A DNA stretch of 59,146 nt, filler included, from Sphacelaria rigidula (GCA_964200075.2; 10 parts of 10 records of this genome joined end to end with filler, not necessarily neighbours in it), one strand, 5' to 3'. Positions 1 through 12,151 are shown, counted from the whole stretch's first letter. The notes: generated by a model not told the origin, from the sequence alone. Made by a program: numbers and translations.

Positions 1-32
1 TGGGGGAGAATCTCGGTTATTTTTCGCGATTC

Positions 33-831
33 CATGTCTATGTCCGGGCTGTGTTATAGTAGGCTGAATAACAAGACGGGCTAGCTTCTCTATTTCATGT
101 CCATGTCCGGGCTGTGTTATAGTAGGTTAAATAAGAAGACGGGTTAGCGTCTCTATTTCATGTCTATATCCTGACTGTGTTATAGTAGGTTAAAGAAAAA
201 TGAGGGTTAGCTGCTCTATTTCATGTCCATGTCCGGGCTGTATTATAGTATGTTAAAAAAAAAGACGGGTTAGCTTCTCTATTCCATGTCTATGTCCGGT
301 CTGTGTTATAGTAGGTTAAAGAAAAAGGAGGGTCAGCTCCTCTATTTCATGTCTATGTCCGGACTGTGTTAGAGTAGGTTAAAGAAAAAGGAGGAGGTTT
401 AGCTGCTCTATTCCATGTCTGTATCCGGGCTGCGGTATAGTAGGTTGAAGAAAAAGCAGGGTTAGCTTCTCTATCCCATGTGTATGTTCGGGCTGTGGTG
501 TAGTAGGTGAACTAAAAAAGGAGGGTCAGCTTTTGTATTTCATGTCTATGTCCGGGCTGTGTTACAGTAGGTAAAATAAAAAGGAGGGTTAGCTTCTCTA
601 TTTCATGTCTATTCCCGGGCTGTATTATAGTAGGTAGAATAAAAAGACGGGTTAGCTTCTATATTTCATGTGTATGTCCGGGCTGTGCTAGAGTAGGTGA
701 AAAAAAGGAGGCTTAGCTTCTCTATTCCATGTCTATGTTCGGGCTGTGTTGTAGTAGGTTAAATAAAAAGGAGGGTTAGCTTCTCTATTTCATGTATATG
801 TCCGGTCTGTGTTATGGTGGGATAAATAAAA
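33..831. repeat. 63-bp tandem minisatellite, about 13 units
   Basis: CATGT unit starts at 33, 96, 159, 222, 285, 348, 414, 477, 541, 604, 667, 728 and 791. Consensus is close to CATGTCTATGTCCGGGCTGTGTTATAGTAGGTTAAAGAAAAAGGAGGGTTAGCTTCTCTATTT. The consensus has stops in all frames and there are no unique spacers. Confidence 0.95.
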
Positions 832-1046
832 TGTGTTCCCGGGGGGAAACCATTGGATTGTTTGATTTTCATCCTGTCGTGTATGTCGGTCCGGAACGTT
901 TCCTAGTGGCGGTCCCCGGTGTATGTACGGTGGCAGTCTGTACATTTGTCTAGGTTTTGATGGCTTGTTGCACGAAAAAAGAGGCTCGAAAGTGTGTCAG
1001 ACGACCTGCCACATTCGCGGTGCGCTTGAATTTGGTTCAAAACGGT

Positions 1047-2800
1047 GTCAATCGGTATGAACGAGCGTTATATATCTATAATAAGCTCGCTCGCGCAACC
1101 ATTACGCCTTTCAAGGGCAATTCGACTTGGAATTTCGTGCAAGAAGTGGCCCAAATACCCCTATCCCCTACCGGAGGATGAATTTTTTGCAGGAAAGACA
1201 CGAAACACTTACGACCGAGCGAAGCCATCTTGACCCTCAAATATCCACAGTAGTTAAGCGGCTGCGCGGCGAGGTGCACCTAGCGAATGCGGTGTACACG
1301 CGTGTCGATGACGATATCACCAGAGGGAGAAGCAACGACAGAGAGGAAGCTCCTCGCCCGTGTCATTTGTGTGTCCTTGCTCGGCGATTACCAATCGCTC
1401 GAGCGACTGGCATCATCGATGTTCTTATACCAGCATGTGCCAGATTTTCCAGGTGCCAGAACATCGACGTGCGGAGAGATTCCGTCTCTTCTTGCCTGCC
1501 GCCAACGCGAAGATCGATTTTTCTCTGCCTCTCCCTTTGGACAGGACGCGCCTCTGTGCGCTGAAAAACATGTCGTTGGAGAACAGGACGATGTACCTGT
1601 CACCGCTACTACTGTTCTCTGTCACACACAAGCCAGCAAGGGCGGTGCTACGGCAAAAACAGATAGATCTAATTCGAACTTAGGGGGTGTTAGTCATCGT
1701 TGATTTCCCCGACCTCCCCCGAACCGGGTGCCCGAGCAGAAGAGCGTGCCACACGCCAGTCGAGGGGGGTGTATGATAAATCATACACCTGTAGAGACCT
1801 TCTTGACATGCGCAGTGGAAAAAGATACCTATGGTAGTGATCTGACCGTTACGAGCGTGGTGCAGAGGGGTGCGTCCATGTTGCAATCTGAGCACGCGCT
1901 GGCTGCGTGAACACCTCGGTCAGTAGGTTTCGAGAAATAATTCCGATGTGACGAGGTCAGGCGTTACCATATGAACCCACGAAGAGCAAGGGTGCTCTAT
2001 GATCAACCACTTGTCGTTGCATTTGACACCCACGCCATCAACCGCCAACCTCGAAGGTCTTGTGGCTTTCAAGCAGCGCTGGCGGCAGTACGGCAGGCAA
2101 ATCCGATCATGGCTACCTTCCGTCGCTCTGCTCAACGGACCGGCGTTTTTTCGCGATCTCTGTAAAAACGAAACAGTTCGTTTTTTCAACTAGGCAACCA
2201 TGATCAAAATGACTCTTGTGGTCTGAGGGAAAGTGGCCGCTTTGGGTCCGTTCACATAGTCGAAGATACTGAAAAAAAGCAATACCGAACTTTCCCGAGA
2301 TGTGAATCCCGCAAAAAATACAGAACGGAACAGAAATCGACTGTTTAACGTTCTCATTAGAAAGGAACAGCCACCAAACGGTTTGCAGCTTGGAAAGTGC
2401 GGAATTTCATAGAGGAGAACCTTTATGTTTCCCCGCGAGTGGTACCTGCGATTGGAAAATCTCTGTCCGCCTCCTTGTTCACCTGGCGGGACAGGGAAGA
2501 CGCAGTTCCTCAAACCGCTGGAGTCATTTTTGTCATGATTGTCTAGTTGAAAAAGACGAATTGTTTCGTATTTACAGAGATCGCGAAAAATACGCCGGAC
2601 AGTCCAGTCGGGCGACGAAAGGTGGCTGTGATCGGGTTCGCCTGCCGTACTGCCGCCAGCGTTGCTTGAAGAGTAATCCTACGATAGGGGGGGGGGGGGG
2701 CATTTTCGGCAACTTCTTGCACGAAATTCTGACTCAAATCGCCGTTGAAAGCAGCAATGGTTGCTCGAACAAGCATGTTATAAATGTATATCGTGATTGA
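1047..2800. mobile_element. Diverged fold-back/TIR element whose left arm is split by an insertion of about 880 bp
   Basis: About 1047-1183 is an inverted match of about 2671-2800 (core GAATTTCGTGCAAGAAGT). About 2068-2215 is an inverted match of about 2521-2670. The right arm is contiguous and the left arm is interrupted. Confidence 0.7.
1277..1700 (+). repeat. Dispersed repeat, copy 1 (inverted copy at about 17776-18205)
   Basis: The shared text translates as VYTRVDDDITR..SNDREEAPRPC in both copies, on opposite strands and in different contigs. Confidence 0.85.
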
Positions 2801-3214
2801 ATATCGTCGAGCTGAATAATAGTGCATGTGTACTTGGAGTAATTCGGGTACATGTGGTGCTAATCGATGAAGCATCATGGGTATCGGATTGCGTACGTTG
2901 ACGGATTATGTTACGACTGGATGTGAAACACTTGGGGGAACTCGACATGCTGTCCCCCCAACCATGGTCAGTTGTGTTTTAGGGTACGTTTTGGTCAGTG
3001 CGTTTTGGGTTGGAGAGAGCAGCTCGGGTGGAGCGTGCACGGTTGATGTGTGGTGAGTAGAGGTTGTAAGAGGTTAATACGAGAGGAAGGTATACACATT
3101 CCCCTGTCCAGAGCGCGTCCCCTATGGGATCATCCCTTCATCAAATACGCTAGCGAGTTTCAAACGGGTAGACAGCAGCCGGAGTAGCAGGGAATTACGA
3201 GGCGAGTTTGAGCA

Positions 3215-3452
3215 ATATTCAGCAGCACTTAATAGCGCTTGAGCCACCTCGAGGCAAGATACAGCAGCACTATTTAGCGCTTGGGCTATCAAAGAGAGTC
3301 ACGCATTTAGCGTTTGTCACGGTCAGGCAAAATTCAGCAGCACTTCATAGCGCGTGAGCCATCAAAGAGAGTCACGCAGTCAGCGTTCGTTACGGTCAGG
3401 CAAAATTCAGCAGCACTTCATAGCGCTTGAGCCATCAAAGAGAGTCACGCAA
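3215..3452. repeat. Short degenerate tandem array (about 45-75 bp units)
   Basis: Recurring CAGCAGCACTT(C)ATAGCGCTTGAGCCATCAAAGAGAGTCACGCA motif, about 4 copies. Confidence 0.8.
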
Positions 3453-3456
3453 TTAA

Positions 3457-3502
3457 CAGGGTTGCCAGAAAAATGAGAACGTATTTTGAAATGAGAATCA
3501 AC
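3457..3502 (+). mobile_element. Putative DNA-transposon terminus CAGGGTTGCCAG (second copy at about 11704-11750)
   Basis: CAGGGTTGCCAGAAAAATGAGAACGTATTTTGAAATGAGAATC is near-identical in two contigs. The second copy ends a contig, as a high-copy repeat would. Confidence 0.55.
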
Positions 3503-4809
3503 CGCTCCCCGGGATTGTGTCCATTTTTCAGATTTAGTTTCGCTCGGAAGCGCTTCCGTGGGGTCTTCAAATTGAAGCCAACGCCAAGTGAACACTCCAC
3601 TATAGCCGCGCTTCTTTACATTTACTTGGGCAGGAAGGTTGACATGAGAGGCGAGCTTCACACGCTAATTTATTAAGCAGATTCGGGCCCGGTACATCCT
3701 CAGTATGCCGAATTGTGTACACCAAACGGTCAGATCTCTGCCAATTTCCCCTACACTTGCATCTGGGTAAACTGACCATGTACGCAGGACCACACCCATG
3801 TCATCACATGATATTTGAGGGACTGAGCTGTATTGAAACGCACTGAAATGCAATACCGCTGCTTCTGTATTCTTGGATGCCATAACTGCTGTACGCCCGA
3901 GTTCTGCTGTGTAACGCAGCTGCTCAGTTTTACTGTAGGCTCTGATTTCACCGTGTGATGATACAACGCCATGCTTGCTTCATAGCCGTGACAGGTTAAA
4001 TCTTGTCGTGTAGACCTGATTGAGTAGAGTCACGGTGGATACTATGATTGCAAGGCTCTCCACACTGCTTTGCTAAATAATTCCATGCAACAGCTGCTGT
4101 GTGCTTTCTGCTGTGTGATGCAGCTGAAAGGAGCAACTCAACACGATTTTGCAGTTTGATACAGCTGAAATGGAACTACGCTATCCTGCTCCGCATGTAC
4201 TCAAACTCGACAAGACCCGCTGGATGAACAAAATCGCTTGTGTCTCCGAACATTGGGTTGGGTGTCACCCTTCGGTTTTTCCACATGCTACCGTCTTATT
4301 TATTTGTGATGCTGTTACAATATGGCTATACGGGATGGCGGTACTGACCGTTTCACGGCCTGCACCATCTCCTCGATGAAATCGTTGACTTTGTACTCAG
4401 TCTAACAGTGCATGAGTGGGGTGCTTTCACTATGGGAACAAAACTGTTCCGAATCACCACCGAATATCAAATATCGGACAATGCATGCGGAAGGACCTAT
4501 GCCGTGTACTGTTTATTCGAGTCTATATACTGGGGGAAAACACGAGGTAGTGATGGCCGTGTCGCCTGAGTGAAACTACTGAACGCGATATCAACCAGCA
4601 GATGGAAGTTAACGAACTGCCTGTGGAAGCAATACACAGGAGCTATCGAGCTGTTGTCGGCTACAATTAGTACCGAGTACATACAGCATAATATATATAT
4701 ATATATATACTTTTAGCGCGAACCACTTGCTAGAGTATCTCATGCATGACCACGTATGCAACGGTGAAAGAATCCCGTTTTACTCTATGCTTCGCAAATT
4801 CACGAAACT

Positions 4810-5660
4810 GCTTGTGTGACCGTAATACCAGACTGGTTGTTCATACATGCTACAAGACACGATACCATGTGAGCCGACTCGTCGTGAACGGAAATTGCGA
4901 AGCTTGAATCAACATGGGGTATTCACCCTACCTCGGTCAGGGGGGGAGCAGATCATTGATGCGTTAAATGTGTGTTATTGTCACGGAAATTGAATGTCAC
5001 TTCAACGTGGTTCCCCGTGATTGATAGTTTTGCCCTTGGTGGATAGCTCCAAAGGGTATGGGCGAGTCATACATGCTTGAGAACTTCGGGGCTATGTTAT
5101 GTCTGCTCCGATTTTGAAGAAATCATACCCAATCATGTGCTTTTACTTTACTTCACGACTTTCAATACATCGGTGATTGTTTCCGTGTGCACCTAATCAC
5201 CGCACCTCGTACATGACCGTGTATACAACTGACAGAGAATGACATTGTTAGGCTGACGTCCGCTAGTGCATGGGAATCTGTTTGTCTGACCGTAATGTCG
5301 TACTGTGTGCATACATGCCACCAGGCACGGTACCGATTAGTCGTGGACATAAATTGCGAGGCTTGAACGAACGAAACATGGAGGTATTCACCCTACCCCC
5401 TGGTCAGGGGGGGCAAATCATTAATGCTCGAAATGCTATTTTGTCATGGAAAATGGATTAAACCTCTACGTGGTACTCCTGTTTGATCGTTTGCACCTTT
5501 CGTAGACATCTTCAAAGAGTATAAACGAGCCATGCATGCATAAAACGAACGGAGAGTTATGTGAAGTTGTTTCGATTCTAAGAGATCAAACCCAACCATG
5601 TACTTCTAGCTTACATTTCGACTGCGAATATGTGGGTGGGTGTTTCCAGGTGCACTGTTG
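4810..5660. repeat. Diverged tandem duplication, unit about 465 bp
   Basis: GTATTCACCCTACC..GGTCAGGGGGGG and downstream blocks occur at about 4919 and about 5384. Confidence 0.7.
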
Positions 5661-5825
5661 AACATATCATTATTTGATTAATACTAAGCGCAGCGGTGGG
5701 TCACAGGACTGCATGAAGCCTGCAACAGTTACTCGTCAAAAATATTGTTGGTGCCCGCCTGCCGATTTCTAGGCAGCTACTCATGAGTGTGACAATCAAC
5801 CCAGATCCAAAACGATTGAGCGGCT

Positions 5826-5925
5826 NNNNNNNNNNNNNNNNNNNNNNNNNNNNNNNNNNNNNNNNNNNNTTAATTAATTAANNNNNNNNNNNNNNNNNNN
5901 NNNNNNNNNNNNNNNNNNNNNNNNN
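5826..5925. other. Artificial contig-joining spacer
   Basis: 44 N + TTAATTAATTAA (stops in all six frames) + 44 N. Confidence 0.99.
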
Positions 5926-7118
5926 TTCACGGTCGCCACAACGACCACCCCCCTTTCTCCCCGGAAATAGTTCCCGAGTCTCTCGGCATCGACAAAAAAG
6001 CTGGACTCATAACTCACAACGCGTCGGTCTTTTGTGATGCAGGAGGTTGTGGAACACCGTACTGTTCCGATCTCGGGGCTGCTGGTGTCACGGTCAAGCT
6101 AGGCTTTTCCGTTACGAACGGGCGGTTGTCACATCATCGATGGTTGGTTCAAGCAACGGATACAGTACTAGCGGTCAGGCAGATACCGTAGATACAGGAA
6201 CCGGGCACTAATAATGGGCGCAAGTCGCTGAACGCACGCACACCCCACCGAACCCGCGTGAATCGTCCTTATCAAACTGCTCAATTAACACGAACATCAT
6301 GACACCCATCTTCTTCCCTCCTTCTCCGCTGTAATCATAATGTAGTAGCGATTGGGCCGCTTAAGACACTCGCTTCCCTTCAGCTCGTTCGAACTGACGA
6401 TGTATCGCGAGTTGTGCCAGTAGAGATAAGCAGCGTTGGCCTACAAATGTCCATCGTTGATATTACTTGATAAGAGTGTGCACAATGAGAATCGGATCCC
6501 AAGTATGGCTGACAGTTCCGTGTGCTCCTCGTGTGCGCAGTTTTCGTCGAGATCGGCGCCACAGGAGCTGATTTGGGGCCTGCAAAGGCCGCACTTTGCC
6601 AAAGGAATGTTATGTGCCGCCCTTGTCCGGGTGTTTCGGTTCTTGATGGGTTGGGGTTAGGGTTTCGGGGGTAGGGGTAGCGATACTTGTAAAATGTGTC
6701 AACCATGAACATTTGTAGCCCAACCCCGGTAAACTATCCTACTACTATAACACATCGTGGTGATCGGCAACTCAGTGCTCGTCTTCAAATCTACGTAGCA
6801 CTCCGACCCGACAAGGTCTAATCAAACGAAATACCAAACTGTACAGTTTAATCTTTCTGTGCAGCTTTAAGTCACAAGGCATCTCCCGTGGTTGAACCAG
6901 CCATCGATGATGTGACAACCGCCCGTTCGTAACGGAAAAGCCTAGCTTGACCGTGACACCAGCAGCCCCGAGATCGGAACAGTACGGTGTTCCACAACCT
7001 CCCGCATCACAAAAGACCGACGCGTTGTGAGTTATGAGTCCAGCTTTTTTGTCGATGCCGAGAGACTCGGGAACCATTTCCGGGGAGAAAGGGGGGTGGT
7101 CGTTGTGGCGACCGTGAA
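5926..7118. repeat. Near-perfect inverted repeat of about 225 bp (5926-6151 and 6892-7118) with a loop of about 740 bp
   Basis: TTCACGGTCGCCACAACGACC...CATCGATGGTTGGTTCAA recurs as the reverse complement with only a few mismatches. Confidence 0.92.
6620..6740 (+). repeat. Dispersed repeat with a telomere-like GGGTTAGGG core (copy at about 53430-53550)
   Basis: GGTTGGGGTTAGGGTT..GGGTAGC.AT..TT.TAAA.TGTGTCAAC..GTAGCCCAAC is shared between contigs 2 and 10. Confidence 0.65.
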
Positions 7119-7951
7119 CGGCAAATGAGCGGGAAAAGAGCCGAATGTGTGGGCTAGACCCCCTGGCACAGTGTAGAGAGCGATGGCCCAGCAGAGGTAC
7201 GTTCTCGGCGGATCGGTGGCCCAGATAAGGTACGATTAAAAAAGAACTCCTAGTAGATCAGGTATACCTCGGCGAAATGTGGCCTACAAAAGGTAAGCGG
7301 TTTCTGGAGGCTGATTGTCCGTTTTCGCGTGGCCATATCTCTCGAGTAACATGTTTTATATTCGTTTTTTTTCGAGTCCCGGGTGCCGATGCCCCCCCCG
7401 AACGATGTGCGTGAAATCTCCGGAGCGAAAACGGCCGGAGTGGCATGTTTAGCTGTTTTCGCGTTTCTGGCCATTTTCCGTACCTTTCCTACGCTCAAAA
7501 CGATAAGGTATACCTTTTCTAGGCCATTGCCGTAATGTTTTCCAACCCAAATGTACCCAACAATAATCGCAAGCCAAGCAAAAACAGATGGACGTTTTTT
7601 AACCTTTCTTTGCCAAAATCGTAAGCCACTGGGTTTGTGCCGATCTCGACCACCCTAGGGCATAGGTGTCGTTGTCATCTTTTGACGTGTACCCCTGAAA
7701 TAGCAGGAACAAATAAAGTAGAGTGAAACGGAAAGGATGAAGCAACAGATCAAGCAGGACATGTGCACAAATACAGCCGGGAAAATCGCAAGTGTTGCGA
7801 ACCACGAAAGAAGCCGATAACCGATGAAAAGGAGACAAGGGAATATCAATTTCGTTTTCCCTCTTCATATCCAACCAACTCATTTTTAATCGAGTACAAA
7901 GCCAGTCACTCTCTCGACACCTCCTGACCTGGGTTTCTCGTGAGCTGCCGC

Positions 7952-7985
<34 letters not shown>

Positions 7986-8010
7986 CGTGTTTGTTGTTGC
8001 TTGTTGCTTG
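7952..8010. repeat. (GTT)n microsatellite
   Basis: Direct reading. Confidence 0.95.
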
Positions 8011-8889
8011 TTTCTGCGATACCCTCCCCCCTCCCCTCCCCTCCCCTCATCTCACTTTCTTAGCTTATTTTTTTAGTTGCGATTTTACTTGAGTATGGAG
8101 AATTCGGATTTCACTTTTTTGTGGGTTAAGAACGCTTTCGGGAAGAAGTGGTTGGCACAACACTAGAACGTCTTTATCTCAAGGAGAAAAGTCACCACGT
8201 CCTAATCGTTTTTGTTTGTGAGACCCTAAGGATCCTCTACACCGGGCCGAGAAATGTTCGGTACAATGCTGTTCCGAATCTCTCAACCGGCCCATTCTCA
8301 CCTCAATTTTAAGGATCAGATTTTCTAGTTTGTTATCGAGGATTTCGAGAGCATATACTGAAACGAAATACTGCGAGACGTTGCGTTTGGTTTTTGACCC
8401 TAACTGACGAAGAAGAGAACAAATCGCAACGACCCGGAATGTTTAATTGAATTTTGCTCTTGCACTCTATTCCTTATACCTGAATGTGAAGTCCAACTCT
8501 CTCAACAATGAGGTGAGAATGAGCCTACAACCTACAAATCCCCTCCTGGGCTGGCCCAGCTCGTCGCTTCGTTGTTGCTGATTACGATGTGCTCGAGGTG
8601 CGGCAATTCTGCTGTAGATTGAAAGAGATCGAATGGTTTGCGTCGGATCTTCCGAACAAGCCCACCGACGGGGGGTCAACGACTGCGCGTTTTGGCAACT
8701 TTCCTAGTATGCACCGGGTCGTCCCTCCACCACCAACACTACATGAGTTACCGAGTAACAAAGACTGTGGCGTTTAGATGAACAAGAGCCAGCACCGATA
8801 TGATACGCCTACTTGGCCGGCGTCTGTGCGTCGTTGTTAGGGCTCGTTGTGCCGGTGTGATGTTTTCACTAAGTGTTCTAATGCTGCGA

Positions 8890-9045
8890 GTTCTAGATGT
8901 TCAGAGTTAGCAGCACTCCTATTCAGGTGTTCAAATCTGTTGGGAGCTACGTCCAGCCCAAGAGGAAACGATGTGGGAAGAAACGCGTTCTCGATTAGAC
9001 TCAACACTGGTCGCTATGGAAAAAATATCACGTTCCAAAATGAAC
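8890..9045 (+). repeat. Dispersed repeat (copy at about 44395-44555)
   Basis: AGATGTTCAGAGTT..TCCT.TTCAGGTGTTCA..CGTCCAG..CGATGTGGG..CGATT.GACTCA..CCAAAATGA is shared. Confidence 0.7.
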
Positions 9046-9059
9046 ACTGATGGTCATAG

Positions 9060-9470
9060 CTGGGGTCTTCAAAAGTTAGGATGGAGTTATCATCAAGGAT
9101 AGAAGCTCGGATATTTGGAAACTTCGTATTTCTTCACCTGGTGGCAGCTATTGACAACTACTACACTCTCCATACAACTTTGGAAGCCGATAACCGAAAC
9201 GTTGAGGTCCAAGTTGAAAAATAATAGTGGAGGACATGGGTGATCCGGTAAGACCACCGACCGACCCCTCAGAACGTTTTTTACCCGGGACCCCACGATT
9301 TCGGTTATCGGAATCCAAATTTCTGTGGCGTGTAGTAATTGTCAAAAGCTGCTACCAGGTGAAGAAATGTAATCATGCCTCAAAGGACTAACTGGTGCGG
9401 ATACGGAGATTTACTATTTTTCGGGTTGTCATCCTCATCGGAAAGCTGCGCGCTCCATTTATTTTGACAG
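9060..9470. mobile_element. Degenerate fold-back MITE, CACGG-ended family
   Basis: Internal palindrome CTTCACCTGGTGGCAGCTATTGACAACTACTACAC / GTGTAGTAATTGTCAAAAGCTGCTACCAGGTGAAG. Homologous to 13110-13697 and 36621-37080. Confidence 0.7.
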
Positions 9471-9636
9471 CTAGCTGTCCTGATTTTTATATCTACATGA
9501 TGTGTGTTTCGAACTTTTCAGCTCATGTTGATGCTTCACGACTTGACCTTTTCATCTCTGATGTTTGATTGTGTCCTGGTATTCAATACGCCGATTTTCG
9601 ATTGTCTTGCTTGTAATTTATCCGATCGGTCCGCAG

Positions 9637-9807
9637 TCCGGCACCGAAGAGGATGATTTTGCGTATGCAGCGGTGGCTACCTCCGATGGCAGCACAGTAC
9701 TGGCAGGGCACACGCTCGGCGATTGGAATGGGGTCAACGCGGGAGGTGGTGGGGATTTTGTAGCAATCAAGATCGACACGGACGGGAAAGAGTTGTGGAG
9801 ATGGCAG
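9637..9807 (+). CDS. Internal exon encoding one beta-propeller blade (SBBP-like repeat)
   Basis: CCGCAG| acceptor and |GTGTGT donor; 171 nt, phase 0-0. Protein SGTEEDDFAYAAVATSDGSTVLAGHTLGDWNGVNAGGGGDFVAIKIDTDGKELWRWQ fits the D..G.....G.T.G......G..D....K....G...W blade pattern. Confidence 0.85.
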
Positions 9808-11750
9808 GTGTGTGGGCAAACTGAGGGCAATTCCCAACATCCACCTTGTAGCATGTCGTGGAGAAATCTGCATTTTTTGTGTGCTCACGTCGCCACAACG
9901 TTGAGAGGCGAATATTCTAGCGCAGATAGATAGATACAGGGTCTATACGTGACTCTGTTTACTCTAGAAATATGTTCATGACCCCGGAAAAGGTCTAACT
10001 CTCCGTAATTTCTATGCACAAGATGGATGCTGATGATCGATGATTGTATGATACCGTAGCTGAACCTAAACTATCGAAAGTGCAACGAAGCAAGGGTGCG
10101 GAAATGTCAGGTACGTCAAGAAACTAGCTGCACTCGAGGGAAGTTTTCAGGTCGCCCACCTGCACGCTGCTGATCCTTGTATGGTCACGTGAATCGCGGA
10201 GTAGTACGTCTCAAGCCCGCAAGCTGCCTGTACTCTCCCACCACAGCTTCGAAAAGATATTCTCCGACTTGTAAGGGCCAGTATTGTGGAGATATGAGGG
10301 AGAAATTGCAAAACATCTGCACATCGACACTTCAGAGAGATCCATGATGGATGATGGTATAGTACCGGTAAATATGAGCTTCATCCATGTTGGCGCCGCA
10401 TAACTATAGAAATACTGTTGAGAAAAGAAATATGCACAGGGATGAGAGCGGTGTGAAGGAAGTAACTAGCGTTAATTTGCCTCTTCCATGCTTCCCAAAA
10501 TCCATAGTGGTCAGGCCGTGCGAATGGGTTCGTAGGGTCGGCTCGTATGCGTTGCCAAGATCCAATAAAATGCGAAATCTTGATTCATGCATGCCCTCGG
10601 GAAGATCTATGTTAGACTTCTCGTCACCACCACCTGGAGGATGTTGTTGCTAGGTCTCATCTCACGGCACAAATGCGTCAACATTTTAGCTGTGGCTTGT
10701 GCACAATACACAATGTTCGATAGTCAACTTGACAGGAACAAGCGGTTCAACACGTGAACCCAGCTCTGACAAGAGAGCTGGCAGAGGCTGCACAGTGTCG
10801 TCAAACACATACTTGTGCAATTCAAGAATAAAACATGGTTGATAGTTGGCGCTTCACCCGGCCGAATAAACACAATAAAACACTTCATTCATTATTGACG
10901 CAGAAACCATCAACAAGCTGATATGCTTGATTGAGTGAAGAAAAGTAAAGAATGACCACGAGTTGGTATCTGTGACGAAAATACGCCGTTACGTTGAGTT
11001 GGTAGTGATGAGATGGATAATGACTGGGGGCACGGGTATTGTGGAAGGTTCTGGATAAAGACTAGGGACACGGAGATGATATCTGCGGGTCTAGAAGAGC
11101 TGATGCCTTGGAAGGTCACTCCTGATAATATGAGATGTTGTAAAGGCTGACAACTGAAACTGAGACCAGTAAGACTGGGAAGTACCTCAACAGCAGTGAT
11201 CCACGAGTCCTTCTTCTGGCTGGCGTCACAATATCGATATTAGTGCTGGTGTTAGTGCTAGAAATCTGCTGGGAATGATTCGGTAGGAGTCTGATAGCTG
11301 TGGAAGCCTGATAAACCACGGACGCGTGGAGAGGGGCTAGCTGAGGCAGCTGCAGAGAGGCGGCTGGCCTGTGATTGATCCAGACTGGAGACTTGCTGAA
11401 GCGGCGTGCAGCGGGAGTTTGGAGGCTCCTACGACAGTGTGGTGCGGCGACGAAGCAAGAAAAGTGTGCAATTCGCGAAGGTCCGCTGTCTTGTGAAAGT
11501 TCGCAGGTGGCCGGCTGCAGGTATGGCGACCGGTTCGCGAAATACGTCCAGCGTGGCGCCCGTGGTGATGCGGGAAGAGTTGCGGCCTCCTCCATACGGG
11601 GATGGGTACTCAGAGAGTGCATCTTGCACTTTTAACACGAGGTATTTGAAAAACAAAAAGCGTGTGGAGCAAGCTAATGCAGCGGGTGCCGTGCGGCATT
11701 AAACAGGGTTGCCAGAAAAATGAGAACGTATTTTGAAATGAGAATCCACC

Positions 11751-11850
11751 NNNNNNNNNNNNNNNNNNNNNNNNNNNNNNNNNNNNNNNNNNNNTTAATT
11801 AATTAANNNNNNNNNNNNNNNNNNNNNNNNNNNNNNNNNNNNNNNNNNNN
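11751..11850. other. Artificial contig-joining spacer
   Basis: N44-TTAATTAATTAA-N44. Confidence 0.99.
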
Positions 11851-11891
<41 letters not shown>

Positions 11892-11893
11892 AA
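11851..11893. repeat. (ATA)n microsatellite at contig start
   Basis: Direct reading. Confidence 0.95.
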
Positions 11894-12004
11894 TTCAGAA
11901 GTGCATACTCTACTCGACCTACCCTTGAAAGTTCCTTTTCCCCCTGCGTTTCCTGTGACGACGGTTTGGAGAAATTGAGCTAATGTGACAAAAAACATAC
12001 AAAA

Positions 12005-12151
12005 AATTCGAGCGTATCGATATATTCGAAGTCGATATTCGATATTGATACATATCACATACATCGGGTTTCTACGCTCCGATACCGATATGGCATATCA
12101 CCGATACTTTTCGAATTCGTATCGATTATCGATAGCCCATGTGCAACCCTG
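12005..12151 (-). mobile_element. hAT-like non-autonomous end with CGATA-rich subterminal repeats
   Basis: Dense ATCGAT/CGATA motifs ending in TGCAACCCTG (reverse complement CAGGGTTGCA). Confidence 0.45.

Noticed and set aside
33..831. Possible CRISPR array or coding 21-aa repeat
   Set aside because: No unique spacers, no cas genes, eukaryotic context, and stop codons in every frame of the consensus.
957..2878. Numerous 60-145 aa ORFs
   Set aside because: They lie within non-coding repeats, and homologous copies elsewhere do not conserve the frame.
5870..5881. TTAATTAATTAA as a biological motif
   Set aside because: A synthetic six-frame-stop linker centred in N runs and repeated identically nine times.
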